From a virus, in the IMG/VR virus record IMGVR_UViG_3300012211_000002: DNA of 64,000 nucleotides. One strand, 5' to 3'. Both the position numbers and the translations under genes were made by a program. A model generated the notes under the pieces. The model was not told the origin of the DNA, ran no database searches, and was given only the letters and a program-made list of their open reading frames with translations. Below, piece after piece: positions 9,776 to 21,080 of the stretch (its first letter is position 1; every line of letters begins with the position of its first letter).

Positions 9776-10756
9776 CTCGTTTTCCTCCGTGTTTCAAGGC
9801 CAACTACTTCTCCTTCTCACCCATCGCGTAATCATGCGCATACTTCCAAGACACATGGTACTTCTTAGCTAGAGAGTTAATAGGAGTTCCATTCTTGAAA
9901 GCCAACTTCAACTGCCTCAATGCTTGCCCCGACAGTTGGCGGCGTGGACGGCGACCCACCGCCACCTTGCGTGCTGGGGAACTTCTTTTGGCGCCGTTCT
10001 CTGGCAATGGGGACACTGTCTCCTCAGGCCTAGATATCTGCCGCACCTCACTGTTTCCCAACTGGCTGAGAACCCGCTGGGCAAGTAGGTCCGAAGGGAC
10101 TCCAGCATTGCGCGCGACGTTTTCGATGAACTCGACGACACGACCTGTAAGGAACGCGACTTCGATTTCTTGGGATGGGGATCTACGAATACCTTTCTGG
10201 CTGTTCGCATTTTCCTTTTCTCCTATCTTCATTTTTACTCTCCTTTTTGACCTTGCTTATCCAACTCAATACTGCCGACCAACTACTCAAGCTGCTTCCG
10301 ACTTGACCCGATAATCTGGATTCACTTTCGGTAGGAGTTTCACCCCACCGACGTACTTCACACCCCCAATCTCCACAGCATCTTTCGGCTTGGCGGATTC
10401 CTTAATGGAAAGGATCTTTTCCTCTGCCCGCACCAAGCCTTCTGCTGTCCCATATTTCTTAACGCAGGCCGCTGTATACATATCGGTGTAAAGCTTTTCC
10501 CAATCAATAGACTCCTTCCCACCATTGGGGGCCAACTCCAGCAAGTAAGGGCCTTCGTCCGGGAGAAGACGCCCGGAAGTTAACTCCTTCAACAGGTCCT
10601 CTCGCAGCTCCTTCTGCTTTTTATTTGCCCGAGTCAATGCTGCCGCCCTCTTACAAAACTTAGTCACTTTCCACTGCTCAATATATTTCATAGTCCGCTC
10701 CCTCCGTTCTTTTGTGTTCGTCATCCAAAATCAACTACAAAACTAGAGGCACCATA

Positions 10757-10785
10757 AGTATATGGTTTTCCCTATAGTATGTCAA
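10757..10785 (-). promoter_or_regulatory. Sigma70-like promoter
   Basis: TTGACA-N17-TATACT. Confidence 0.85.
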
Positions 10786-11796
10786 GCAGAACTTTTTTTC
10801 TCCTCCTCCTCCGCTTGAGAGACTCTCCCCACCCCGCCCCAAGTTTCCAACACTTTCCCATCTGATGTTCCATCCACCTCCACCAATCTCCCACCTTGGC
10901 CAATTCTTTTCAGGGAATCCATGACCGAACGCGCCATAGCTTCATCCACTGTACCCGACCGCCCCGGATAATAAGGAGCAAACCCATACGTCATCTCGTG
11001 CTCTGTCAAATCAAAACTTGAGCACTCCATATCCACCCGATACAAAGTGTCTGGCGTCTTCTCAACTTTTACCGGTCTTACTTTAGCCACTTTCTTAGCT
11101 TTTGCTTTCTTCACTGTCTTCGCCTTCATACTTTTCTCCTCCGCATCTACAATTCGAAGATTTTCGTGAGCGTTGTTATATATATTGCCATCTATGTGAT
11201 GAATAACTTTCATACTCATCGCCCCTAATAATTGAAAACTCTCGTGCCCGGCTTCATTTGAGATTCCATGTCTTTCCGAAGATCGTATACTTCCATCACT
11301 CGCTGCATGTTGCCTTGAAACTGCTTCTCACGCTCCCTCACGTCTTCTCCTTCCATCACATAAGCCGGGTAATCTTCGTAATCGAAAGTATCCACGACGA
11401 CTATCATATGGGTAGCTTTCTTCTCCACCCCTTCTTGAAACCAAGCCATTAACTCTCCCCCGTGAGACCGCCATGATGTTTTCTCCTCCGAAACTGCTTT
11501 GTTCAAAGCAATTTCAAATAAAGCCATAGCAACATAAAGAAGGCCAAGAGTAGTCCCTTCTGTCCTAACGTCCCTGATACTCTTTATCTCTGAGTCAATA
11601 TCATTCTGAATTTCCTTGATCTTTTCTATGGTCATCGTCCTAGCACCTCACTGAATTCCAACTTTCGACAGAATCCTTGCTACAAGGATCGCAACAGAAA
11701 TTCCCCAAACTGCACTGATAACGATAGCGCCAACAAAAATCCAACCGAGATTCTTCTCTATCCACTCCAACACTCGATCCGCGCTCATATCTATTT

Positions 11797-12591
11797 TCAT
11801 TTGTTCCTCCACACTATTTTCAGCCCCTCTCTCACTGCCAAGACTGCTTCCGTGACTGAAAGCTGATTCGGATCCATATGCACCAGAAAAAGCTTACCCG
11901 GAAGGGTCGGAGGGATAATCCAATGCTTGCCAAGGCAGGCTGGATAAAACTCAATCATAGGAGTGCCCTGCGTCGCCGCCAAATGAGCTAGCCCATTGTC
12001 AATCGTAACCAGAAGCTTTGCGTCTCTCATCAGCCTGGCTATTTGCTCCAAGGGCAATCCCGTATAATACTGATCTTCTGACAACGGTAACGCTGCCCGA
12101 TCATCCGGGGCTCCCAACACTGCTATCGGTCCATATTGATTGAGAAGGGCAATGATCTGCATCCAATGCACCCAACCAATCATCTTGTTCGGAGGCTTGC
12201 CTTCCCGAGAGGCACAACTCCTTGAAAACATGGACAGGAGAATCAACCCCGGCTCCGTCTGCCCATCCGGGGGCTTATAGTAAGGAAGTCTGTTCTCAAT
12301 CTTTACACCCAGCAACTTCGCGTAGGCATCCGCTATATGAATCTTCTCCCTGTCTCCCAACGAAAAAGCCTTATTCACATCGAAGGCAAACTCGAAGTCG
12401 TACTCCCCTTGCTTGTCAAACACGACCCGAAAGGGGAGGCCCATCCCTTCGTAGATACACGTGGCATGATCATCCAACGTTAACAGATCCACTTCCCAAT
12501 CCAGATGTTCTTTCATCCAGGCTGCCAACGCCGGCTGAATATACAAACCGTCCCCAATGAGATTCACGCTCCGAAAAAGCGCTCTGGGCAT
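11797..12591 (-). CDS. Glycosyltransferase family 9 (heptosyltransferase-like)
   Basis: IGDGLYIQPAL and LLVTIDNGLAHLAATQGTPMIEFY motifs. Confidence 0.85.
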   Translation of the reverse strand: MPRALFRSVNLIGDGLYIQPALAAWMKEHLDWEVDLLTLDDHATCIYEGMGLPFRVVFDKQGEYDFEFAFDVNKAFSLGDREKIHIADAYAKLLGVKIENRLPYYKPPDGQTEPGLILLSMFSRSCASREGKPPNKMIGWVHWMQIIALLNQYGPIAVLGAPDDRAALPLSEDQYYTGLPLEQIARLMRDAKLLVTIDNGLAHLAATQGTPMIEFYPACLGKHWIIPPTLPGKLFLVHMDPNQLSVTEAVLAVREGLKIVWRNK

Positions 12592-13090
12592 CTTCTTCCC
12601 CTATCCACAAGCTCAATGCTTGCAATAAAAACAAACCAGCATATGCTTTGCTGTCACTGCCCAAAAAGAACGACGCCCACAGTAGCCACACTTCTCGATA
12701 ATCCAATCTACATAAACTCGAACTATTCCCATAACAGCACCCCTTTCTTCGACACCGGACGAAGTTTTCCATGCTGCTTCCTTGAGTCTAAGCATCTGCA
12801 AATAACGACTCGCCCACTCATAAGCATGAAATCGTACTGATGGCCATAGCAATCCCCACGTTTACAAGAGGGGCAGCGCAGAAACTCGAACGCTATTGTC
12901 TTCTTTTCTCATGGCTCCTGCTCCCAAGGCCACTTCTCTCCATGTACGTTAAGCCACTCTTTCTGCTTTTCGTCTGATAGGAGATAACCAGAAGCAATCT
13001 TAAGTTTTGCCCAGCATTTCAGGCAACGGTAACGATACGGCTGCTCGAAAAACCAAACCAGATGATGAAAGCAACCAGGATTATATTGAC

Positions 13091-14197
13091 TCATGGCTGC
13101 ACCGCCGCTGCTGCTTGCGCTTGTGGAAAAGCCAACTGTGCCGTAGTCTTGGTCAGATTCACTTTCCAGCAGCCCGTCTTCTCACCCAGTCTGAACATTC
13201 TCTTCACCAGCCAGATTGGATGAGAGAAATTTACCCCTGCCAACAACTCCGTCAGGCTCCAAACGTTCCCATCTGCCAACCGCTCATACACGATTGCTGC
13301 TGCTGAGCCTTGAGTGTAAAGTCCAGCCACCTTGGGACCCCTGATACCCGGTCTGGGACCTCTAGGAGCGAATTGGGGGCGCTGGCCGGGGGTAAGTATA
13401 GGTTTAGGTACCCCATCACGGACGAGCCTCTTAGGAGCCTCAGGAGACTTTGCAAACTGCACAAATTCTTTGAGCAGGTCGTTGAGGATATCGACGTGCT
13501 TTGCCGGATCGTAAAGCCAACCACCTTTCTTCGAAGGATCCGGATCCTGCTCCAGGCAAGCATGACGAACCAGATAATCCAACTGCTCAAAAAATACGGG
13601 AAGGAATCCTTGCTCTTTGAACTGCTCAGAGAGTTGCTTAGCTGCTTCTCGATTATAGGAGAGGGTCGTAAGCTCGGGATTCCACTGCACTGGCTTCACT
13701 GCATCTGCCACTTCAAACTTGAATCTGTTGCCAACCGCCTTCTGGAGCAAAGCGAAAATCTCTCCGTACTTCTGCTCCAGTTTCTGCTGCATCTGCTGCA
13801 ACTTGTCTTTCAAGCCATCCAATTTTTTGTAGAAGTCATCTAATAACGGAGGCTTAATGGCTACGCAAGCTTTTTCATACATTCGCAGAGCCATCATGAA
13901 AGAAACTTCCTTTTCATGGACGTTGGTGTTATCTATGCCACGCTTCCGACACAGCACCGCCTTCTCTAACTTCTGCCTAGCATCTACTGAAAGTTGCTTC
14001 CTCTGAATCAAATACGGGAGGGCGCTATCATACCATTGCAACGCATAGGATAACGTAGAAATACGCTGCCCTTCTGAAACTGTCAGCAAGCCCCTGTACA
14101 ACATTCGAAGATCCTTTGTCTTTGGACGAGGGATCTTCATGGGCTTTGGAGCCTTTACTTTAGGAGTTCTCGGTATTCTCATTCTTCTTCTCGGCAT
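13091..14197 (-). CDS. Hypothetical basic/coiled-coil protein
   Basis: Long ORF with Arg/Lys/Pro-rich N-terminus; downstream ATGA overlap. Confidence 0.6.
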   Translation of the reverse strand: MPRRRMRIPRTPKVKAPKPMKIPRPKTKDLRMLYRGLLTVSEGQRISTLSYALQWYDSALPYLIQRKQLSVDARQKLEKAVLCRKRGIDNTNVHEKEVSFMMALRMYEKACVAIKPPLLDDFYKKLDGLKDKLQQMQQKLEQKYGEIFALLQKAVGNRFKFEVADAVKPVQWNPELTTLSYNREAAKQLSEQFKEQGFLPVFFEQLDYLVRHACLEQDPDPSKKGGWLYDPAKHVDILNDLLKEFVQFAKSPEAPKRLVRDGVPKPILTPGQRPQFAPRGPRPGIRGPKVAGLYTQGSAAAIVYERLADGNVWSLTELLAGVNFSHPIWLVKRMFRLGEKTGCWKVNLTKTTAQLAFPQAQAAAAVQP

Positions 14198-14611
14198 GTG
14201 ACCTCCAAGATCATCCTTACTTCTTCTCCGCCAACTTTCCCGAACCATGGCAATGTCCACAGCTACCACTCAACAAAGTGCCCTTCCCATTGCAAAATGG
14301 ACAGGACGAATGGTCTGTTGCTTTCTCCTCTGAGCCTTGAGTAAAACTCATGGTTTCCAAAGGCACTGGCGACCGAGCTATGTCCCAACTCTTATCCGGC
14401 CGCTGATGAATCAGGTAAGGCCACGTACAACCGGGGCAAGTATGCATCACTTGTGCCGATGCAATCTGCTGTGGAATTTCCGCTATGAAGCGTACGCCGC
14501 ATCTGCAATGAATTGCGACACGCCGCACCTCCGATTTCCTACACAGAATTCTCACTGCATCTTCCGTCATGCATCCCTCCCTTCCCTTGAATTATACAAG
14601 AGCCGCCACTG

Positions 14612-15607
14612 CTACTTCATCTGCTGTGGAGCCGGAGGCAGACATTTCCGGTTCGAGACCGCCAGGAACTTCTGAACAAAGTCTTTCTCGGTTTTGACGG
14701 TAGTAAACTCTCCGCCAGTGGCTTCACAGATATCGCGGAGAATTCGGATGACATCGTCCATACCCTCTATTGAATCTCCTCCTTGAATAAAGATGAAGTC
14801 GAAGACGATGCCGATTTCTTTCATGTCCGGCAGAAGGCCCTGCACTCCACGCGCCCCCTGATCCATGCCATCCGAAACGAGGACGATATGATGTGCACCA
14901 ACCTCTGAGGACCGCTTCTTGCAATGCTCCACTGCTCTCCCCACTGCTGCGTAGATATTCGTACCGCCTCCTCCGTAATCCGGAAGTCTGTCGATACCAT
15001 CCAAAACGCCTTGCTCTGAAACTCCACCCACCAGCATTCTCGGATGATCTTCGAAGGCATAAAGAAACACCTGCGCATCTGGCCATTTCTGAAAGCGCTT
15101 TTTAACGAAATCCCGAGCCGCCTCCTTCACCGCTTGCATCTTCGATTTCCCACTGCGATTGGGTTGCACCACTCCCACCACGGGAGAAAGTCCGATGGCA
15201 TCCTCCCAGCCCTGCTCAACGACTATCTTCTTCAACGTCTCCACCGAAAGCTTCTTCGCTTTCCCCTCCGTCAGTTCCACGCCAGAGTCCGGGTCAATAA
15301 TGGAGTCGTCATTTGTCAACGCCTCCAGCAAAAGAGAACGCGCTCCCTCCAAAGCTTCATCGTTCCATTCGTACTCAATTGGAACTTCCTGCTCCACCAG
15401 CATGCTAGAGCCCATCGAACCAGAGGCGTCGATGAGATAAACCAGCTTGCTGAAACGGTCGTACATGTCGTCCAGCGTTTGCCCAACCGAAGAGGGCTGC
15501 TGCAACGAGTCCACTACCGTCTCGAACTTTTCTTTCTTCACCTCCTTTCTGCCCGTCGAAACGATGGACACTGAACCCGGCATATCGAACTTCTTGTCGT
15601 CTGCCAT
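14612..15607 (-). CDS. von Willebrand factor A domain protein
   Basis: MIDAS DASGSM, GGGTNIYAAV, IVLVSDG. Confidence 0.85.
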   Translation of the reverse strand: MADDKKFDMPGSVSIVSTGRKEVKKEKFETVVDSLQQPSSVGQTLDDMYDRFSKLVYLIDASGSMGSSMLVEQEVPIEYEWNDEALEGARSLLLEALTNDDSIIDPDSGVELTEGKAKKLSVETLKKIVVEQGWEDAIGLSPVVGVVQPNRSGKSKMQAVKEAARDFVKKRFQKWPDAQVFLYAFEDHPRMLVGGVSEQGVLDGIDRLPDYGGGGTNIYAAVGRAVEHCKKRSSEVGAHHIVLVSDGMDQGARGVQGLLPDMKEIGIVFDFIFIQGGDSIEGMDDVIRILRDICEATGGEFTTVKTEKDFVQKFLAVSNRKCLPPAPQQMK

Positions 15608-15643
15608 TTAGCTCTCCTTTTCGATGAGATCCCCTACACAATA

Positions 15644-15672
15644 AGTATAAGGGTTTCCCTATAACTTGGCAA
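15644..15672 (-). promoter_or_regulatory. Sigma70-like promoter overlapped by an inverted repeat
   Basis: TTGCCA-N17-TATACT; GGTTTCCCT/AGGGAAACC arms flank the -35. Confidence 0.75.
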
Positions 15673-15689
15673 GGGAAACCTTTTCCAAA

Positions 15690-16172
15690 TTACTTATGCA
15701 AATTGCTAAACGTGAGTCCAACAGCCGATCCCGCAATCCCGACTGCTTGAGGAAGAAACCAGACTTTGTGAAAAACTTTGTACCGAGAGTAACGCATTTG
15801 TTGCCCCAGCCACGCTGCCCCTAAAACGCCGATGACCGTCACCGTCGCTACCACTAAATCGCTATGAACAAACGGCTTCGCAAAGGGATCGACTTCTGAA
15901 TACTTTCCACTGCTAAGCCGCCTTCTCGTCTGAATCACATCTGATGAATTCACCACTGCTTGCACAACTCCCAAGATGATTACCGACTTATCCAAATGGA
16001 AACGGCCCACTTTTCCAGATGAGGGCAACACAGGTTGCAAAGATGCCTCAAGCTTCGATGGTAGATCATTTGCCATCGCCTGACTAACGACCATCAAAAG
16101 TGACACCATAACCAATAATCGAATTTTCATCGTTGTCCTTTTTTCTCCGAAGGGCCAAGGCATTCCGGGCAA
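15690..16172 (-). CDS. Putative secreted or membrane protein
   Basis: Signal-peptide-like MKIRLLVMVSLLMVVSQAMA plus several hydrophobic segments. Confidence 0.55.
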   Translation of the reverse strand: MPGMPWPFGEKRTTMKIRLLVMVSLLMVVSQAMANDLPSKLEASLQPVLPSSGKVGRFHLDKSVIILGVVQAVVNSSDVIQTRRRLSSGKYSEVDPFAKPFVHSDLVVATVTVIGVLGAAWLGQQMRYSRYKVFHKVWFLPQAVGIAGSAVGLTFSNLHK

Positions 16173-16349
16173 ACCAAAAGCCCTTTGCCTTGCCGAAACT
16201 CTGTTCTCGGAGGCTTAATTCCATCTGTATAATACACTGTGTAAACTTTGCCGCAAGCCGGGCACTGATATCTTTTCAGAATCGTTTTCTTTTTCATGCC
16301 AAGCTCCTTATCTCCTTATCTAAGATAGAACCTGCCATGTCTGCTACGG

Positions 16350-16817
16350 TCAATTCCAATCCGGAATCATTGGAGTATTTGTAGCCTTCATTTTCTGTAC
16401 TGATGAAAACTTGATCTTGCCGTTCACTCTCCGATAAGGGCATGCCAAAGCCCAATCCTTCTTATCCCGTGCTACGAATTTTACGCAGATAATGATTGCC
16501 TCTTCTGCTTTTGGATCCAACGCCAAATCTCCTGGTACGTGACTTTCCAAGTCTTTTAGAGAGCTTGAGGATTTCATATAAGCGTCGTTGATGGCAATGC
16601 AAGCCGACGCTTTCAATTCCTTTGCGACGTCCGCTATAGCCGCATAGGCCAAATCTTTCTCTGCCTGGTCCTTAAACTGCAAAGGAATCACATGCAACTT
16701 TTCCGCTACCAGCACCACACACGGAGCCAAAGACCCATCCTTGGCCAAGTTATACTTCGCACCCTCCATGAATGTCCAAGCCAACTTCTTCAAGTCTACT
16801 GTCATTTCATCCTCCAA
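16350..16817 (-). CDS. Hypothetical protein, paralog of 4548-5015
   Basis: Motifs shared with 4548-5015. Confidence 0.75.
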   Translation of the reverse strand: MEDEMTVDLKKLAWTFMEGAKYNLAKDGSLAPCVVLVAEKLHVIPLQFKDQAEKDLAYAAIADVAKELKASACIAINDAYMKSSSSLKDLESHVPGDLALDPKAEEAIIICVKFVARDKKDWALACPYRRVNGKIKFSSVQKMKATNTPMIPDWN

Positions 16818-17568
16818 TATTCATCAGCTCTTCGTTCTTTCTTTCTTCTTCCTGAAACTTCTGCATCAACCACAGCACCCCTTGCAATGCTTCCACGTAG
16901 CCATCTCTGTAGCCAACCGAGTACATATCTTTCTGATCCGGGCTGAAAGTCCGTCTGTTCTTGAGAATGAGGTCGTGTATCTTTTTGATTAGCACATCCA
17001 CTGCTTCACCTCCTCACTGCATCAGCCATTCGGATGATAGTAGAGATTCTCCTTCTTCGGAGAAGGCTTAGCCACTTTACTAACGCCTTTGCCCTCCCAA
17101 TACTTGTCGTAGCAAACCCCACAGACGCTCTTGCCGAGCAAGCAACTGTAAAGTTTACCAAGACCCTTGCAGCCCCTACTCAGCCGCAAACCACATGAAA
17201 CTCTCGTCTCCGTCATTGGGACACCCTCTTTCTAGCCACCTCCAGAAGAAACTGCTGCACCTTTTCCGGATCGTCTGCCTTGAGAGCCATCAAAGCAAAA
17301 AGCTGGTGACTCGTCCCCGTAACCGGTGACATGTGCAACGCCGCCTTTCTAAAAGCGTGCTGGATATATCCAAAATCTTCGTCCGATATCTTTACCACTT
17401 TCCCTTTCTTGCAGAAGATATCAAATGCAGCCATGATTCTATCCACCGAAGTTACCATCGTTTCCTCCTTTGGAAACACTAGAATATGAATGCTGTCACT
17501 TTTCTTACGGCCACACGAGCTGCACTTCCCCTTATTCGGAGTAGTTACAAACGGATGGGATGTTAGTC

Positions 17569-18156
17569 TCATATCGACCACTCCTTTCCCTCCAAGGCTT
17601 CCACCAACTGCCTCGCATACTTTTTCATCTTCCGCCGAATCAGATCCACCTGCTTTCCCCGAAGCCCGTTGTATTTCGTAGCTGCCTTATGAATGTTCGA
17701 AAGAATCTCTGCGTCACTCCCGGTAAAGCCGATCTTGTTCTGCTCCGAAGTCACGTCGTGAGCCTGCTCCGTATGGGTCTGCCGCTTGAATATCACTGTG
17801 AGGGCCAGTCTCAGCTGGGGCTCCGAAGCCAGGTCCAGGAACGCTTTCATTGCCCTCATTTTCGCTGCCCTAGACGTCCCAGACGGGCTATAAACGGCCG
17901 GAACGATAGGTTGCGAGGGTAATAGGGGAAGTTGCTGCGGGGGTGCTGGAGAGCAATCATGGAACCAGGTACGGGAGGTCACAAACTTAACGGGTACCGG
18001 GGGGTGGTTCAGCTGCTCCTTCGCATCGGTGGGATACTGCTTCCCAGTTCTGTTGCTAATCTGCCAAACTATCAGCTTCCGACAAGACCGACAGAAGGAA
18101 AGCTGCGACTGATCCACCACGTACTCCGGAGCTGGATAGTTCACCGTAGAGTTCAT
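17569..18156 (-). CDS. Conserved phage hypothetical protein
   Basis: CRSC Zn motif; C-terminal RQT..EQ...T.EQN.IGFTGSDAEILS...KYARQL motif typical of phage proteins. Confidence 0.55.
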   Translation of the reverse strand: MNSTVNYPAPEYVVDQSQLSFCRSCRKLIVWQISNRTGKQYPTDAKEQLNHPPVPVKFVTSRTWFHDCSPAPPQQLPLLPSQPIVPAVYSPSGTSRAAKMRAMKAFLDLASEPQLRLALTVIFKRQTHTEQAHDVTSEQNKIGFTGSDAEILSNIHKAATKYNGLRGKQVDLIRRKMKKYARQLVEALEGKEWSI

Positions 18157-18358
18157 TCCGTTCCCCCATTCTTTTCTGTGGGAGTGATTGTAAACGTAGT
18201 CGATGACTTGAATCGAATCTCCACTGCTTGCCAACTGCTGTACCAGTCTACCAGCATCTGCACAACTTCCAGGCCACTAAAGCCTGTGCGATTGATCGCC
18301 TTCTGCAAGTCCTCTACTCGCTGCTCCTTCGTTCTCGAAATTCTTCTTCCTCTGGGCA

Positions 18359-18628
18359 TCACCCCTCCTGAAATTTCTCACCCGGAAATTTGAATTGCTC
18401 CACTGGAATCCCTTTTCTATCTGCAATGATGGCCCGATACTCTTCCAGCGTTCTGTTGCCCTTGTCCTCATTACATTTCCTGTGGCAATAGACAATGTTG
18501 CCATCCAGCTCAAAACTGCTACCGCCACGGGAGCGTGGAGTCAAGTGATCTGCCGAACGAGCCATCCTCCCAAGTCTGTAACGATTTGATCTTCTCATTC
18601 TTTCACCGCAATAAAAGCACCCCTGCAT
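18359..18628 (-). CDS. HNH endonuclease
   Basis: CFYCG...DHLTPRSRGGS...NIVYCHRKCNEDKG. Confidence 0.85.
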   Translation of the reverse strand: MQGCFYCGERMRRSNRYRLGRMARSADHLTPRSRGGSSFELDGNIVYCHRKCNEDKGNRTLEEYRAIIADRKGIPVEQFKFPGEKFQEG

Positions 18629-19098
18629 TACGCGCTCCGGTGTACTTCGTTAAGATGAATCCGCAGCCCCAGCAAACGTTCCAGGAACTGTTCAACTTCT
18701 ATCACCTTCTCCAGCTCTTCGACGGTGGCGTTCTGTACCTCTTGCGCGCCGACGATATGTGCCAATTCTTGAAGGCCACTTCGTATAACGATTTCGAATC
18801 TCATGCTTTGCCTCCTTGGGAGTGTCAAGACTCACACGCTTCGCGCGGTAGAAGGGTAAATTGTGGCGGCGGGAAAACATCCGGGTGTGGGAAACCAGGC
18901 TCTTTCCATTTCGGACCTGGGGCTAGCCGTCCATTGTGATCCCGGATTCGGATTTGTTCGTAGACGTGCCCTTGCCAGAGGTCGTCCAGTTTATTGGCAG
19001 CTAAAAAACACAGAAGCAAGAAAAGCAACAAGCGTTTCATAGAGAAATCTCTCCTATCTAAAAAACGAAAGTATATACTTTATGAAGGACAAGCCATC

Positions 19099-19512
19099 CT
19101 AACCGTTTAGATCCCACTTCGGACGCCTACCATTAGTCTGCTTGTAGGCTTCCCTAAACTTGCTTTCTTTGTAGCCAGCTTCTTTGCCGTTCTTCGTTTC
19201 GATCCAAGCAAGTTCTACCCTATCAATCATGTTGTTACTGAACAATTCCTTATGAATTCGCCTAGTTGTATCTCCGCCTATGCCTCCTAAAAAATTCCCG
19301 ATAATCCTGGTTCTGAGGCAAGTGGTCTTTCCATACTTAAGAATGTCCCCAGTCGCCGAGTCTCTCAGGGCATATACAGCCGGAAACTCACCATGTCTCA
19401 AAAAGTCCTTCACGCTCAGGGAACGGAGCGGAAGCCAATGTGTGAACTCATCTGCCATAAAATTATTCTCCTTGAAAAATTGCACCGGGAGGGGACGTAA
19501 CCCGATGCCCAC
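19099..19512 (-). CDS. GIY-YIG-like nuclease
   Basis: AVYALRD...ILKYGKTTCLRTRI...KES. Confidence 0.65.
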   Translation of the reverse strand: MGIGLRPLPVQFFKENNFMADEFTHWLPLRSLSVKDFLRHGEFPAVYALRDSATGDILKYGKTTCLRTRIIGNFLGGIGGDTTRRIHKELFSNNMIDRVELAWIETKNGKEAGYKESKFREAYKQTNGRRPKWDLNG

Positions 19513-19540
19513 TACCCTAATATTATCTACTCCTCTGAGA

Positions 19541-19735
19541 TCAGGGAATTGACAAAGCTTGAATCGCCAAATTAATCTTCGTTAATTCAGCGGTGATCGT
19601 GCTGGACAAAGTGGTCGTACCAGCCACAACAATAGACAATACTGCAGCCAAAACCAATGCGTATTCCAGCATATCCTGACCCGACTCGTCTTGGTGGAGC
19701 TTGCTGATGAGCATTGCGTATATTGACTTATTCAC
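19541..19735 (-). CDS. flp: Flp (type IVb/Tad) pilin
   Basis: DESG/QDMLEYALV prepilin cleavage and Flp motif followed by a hydrophobic helix; 64 aa. Confidence 0.85.
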   Translation of the reverse strand: MNKSIYAMLISKLHQDESGQDMLEYALVLAAVLSIVVAGTTTLSSTITAELTKINLAIQALSIP

Positions 19736-21021
19736 TTGTGTTTCTCCTTTGTGGACCCTGCGGTATCCGGTACTTAGAAAGTCGTTTGATGCAAATGCTG
19801 TTCCGTGAACTGCTCAAACCGTTCCGACTGCCTGATATAGGCTACGAAGTCCCGGCGAGAGTTTCCAAAAGTCTTCTCCGTGACTCCACAGCTGGAGCAG
19901 TGCATCTCTCCCGTGTCTTCATTGAGAAATGTGTGCCCCACTTTTTCCCACTGAATGACATTGCCCGTTTGCTGATCCAACCACGCGTTCTGAATTATCA
20001 TCTCTCCTCCTTAACTTTCACCAACGGCAGGTAACTTCACAATGAACAAGCTCATTCGGTTTGTAATGAGCCACCACAGACTCAACGAACTCTCGATTAA
20101 AATGATGCTGTAATCTCTTGCGTATTTCATCCGGTGTCATGTTCTCCTCTGCAAGAGATTGCAACGCCAAGTCTGCATGATCAAGTTCGGCCTTCCCGTG
20201 CTGGGGAAGTGGATTGTAGTGAAGCCCCCACGATTCCTTTGCCCAGTTCTCTGCTGTTCCGTTAATCGAAAATTGCCAAGTGATCTGTTGCACGCATGGC
20301 CTCCTTTTAGTATCCAGAGAAAAATTTTTCACCAGCCGTTGCATTCCACTGATTCAAAATCTCACGCACGAGTTGCTGATTCTCTACACCCGCAACGCGC
20401 CCATTCAGGATCTCTTCAATCGTTATATCTGCTGCATCCAACTTAGCTTTTTGTTCTGACGTCCGAAGGTACCGCTTGATAGCCGCGACCAGATATTCTT
20501 CGCTGTCAAACCCTTCGCGGAACTGAATGCGAATATCATTCGGCATATTCATTTCTGATCTCCTCTCAGTCCGATGAATCTTGAAACATGAACTTCCGAC
20601 ACTTCTTGCAAACGTAATTATTGCAGCAGTTGCCCGGCGTGTACTTGTTCAGATGCTCCGGGTATTTCTCTTCCAAGATTTTCTTGTTGACCGATTCGAA
20701 CTCATGCTTGCAACCGAACGCATAATAATCGAAGCGCTTGTAGCGGCAATCTTCTAGCACCGGCACCAACGCCAACCCCTCCGGGCCGTTGTAGAAATAA
20801 AGATAAACGGAAGAAAAAGGCCCCAGCTTTTTCATCAGAGCCTGACGAAATTCAATGTGAGAGTAACCGTAGCAACAGAACTGATGCACATACTCTACTT
20901 CCGTGATCTTTCTCCAGCCCTTCGGTAGGCTGTTGTAGCCACCCAACAGCTTGTCATCATACCAATCTGGGTAATCCTTCTTGTCCAACATCACGATTTT
21001 ATCCAACATGTCCCTCCTCCC

Positions 21022-21066
21022 AAAAAATAGGAAGGGGGCTTTGGCTTCTACGCCTGGCCCCCTTCC
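21022..21066 (-). terminator. Intrinsic terminator
   Basis: GGAAGGGGGC/GCCCCCTTCC stem followed by a U-rich tract, downstream of 21081-21440. Confidence 0.7.
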
Positions 21067-21080
21067 CCAGCCGCACTGCG

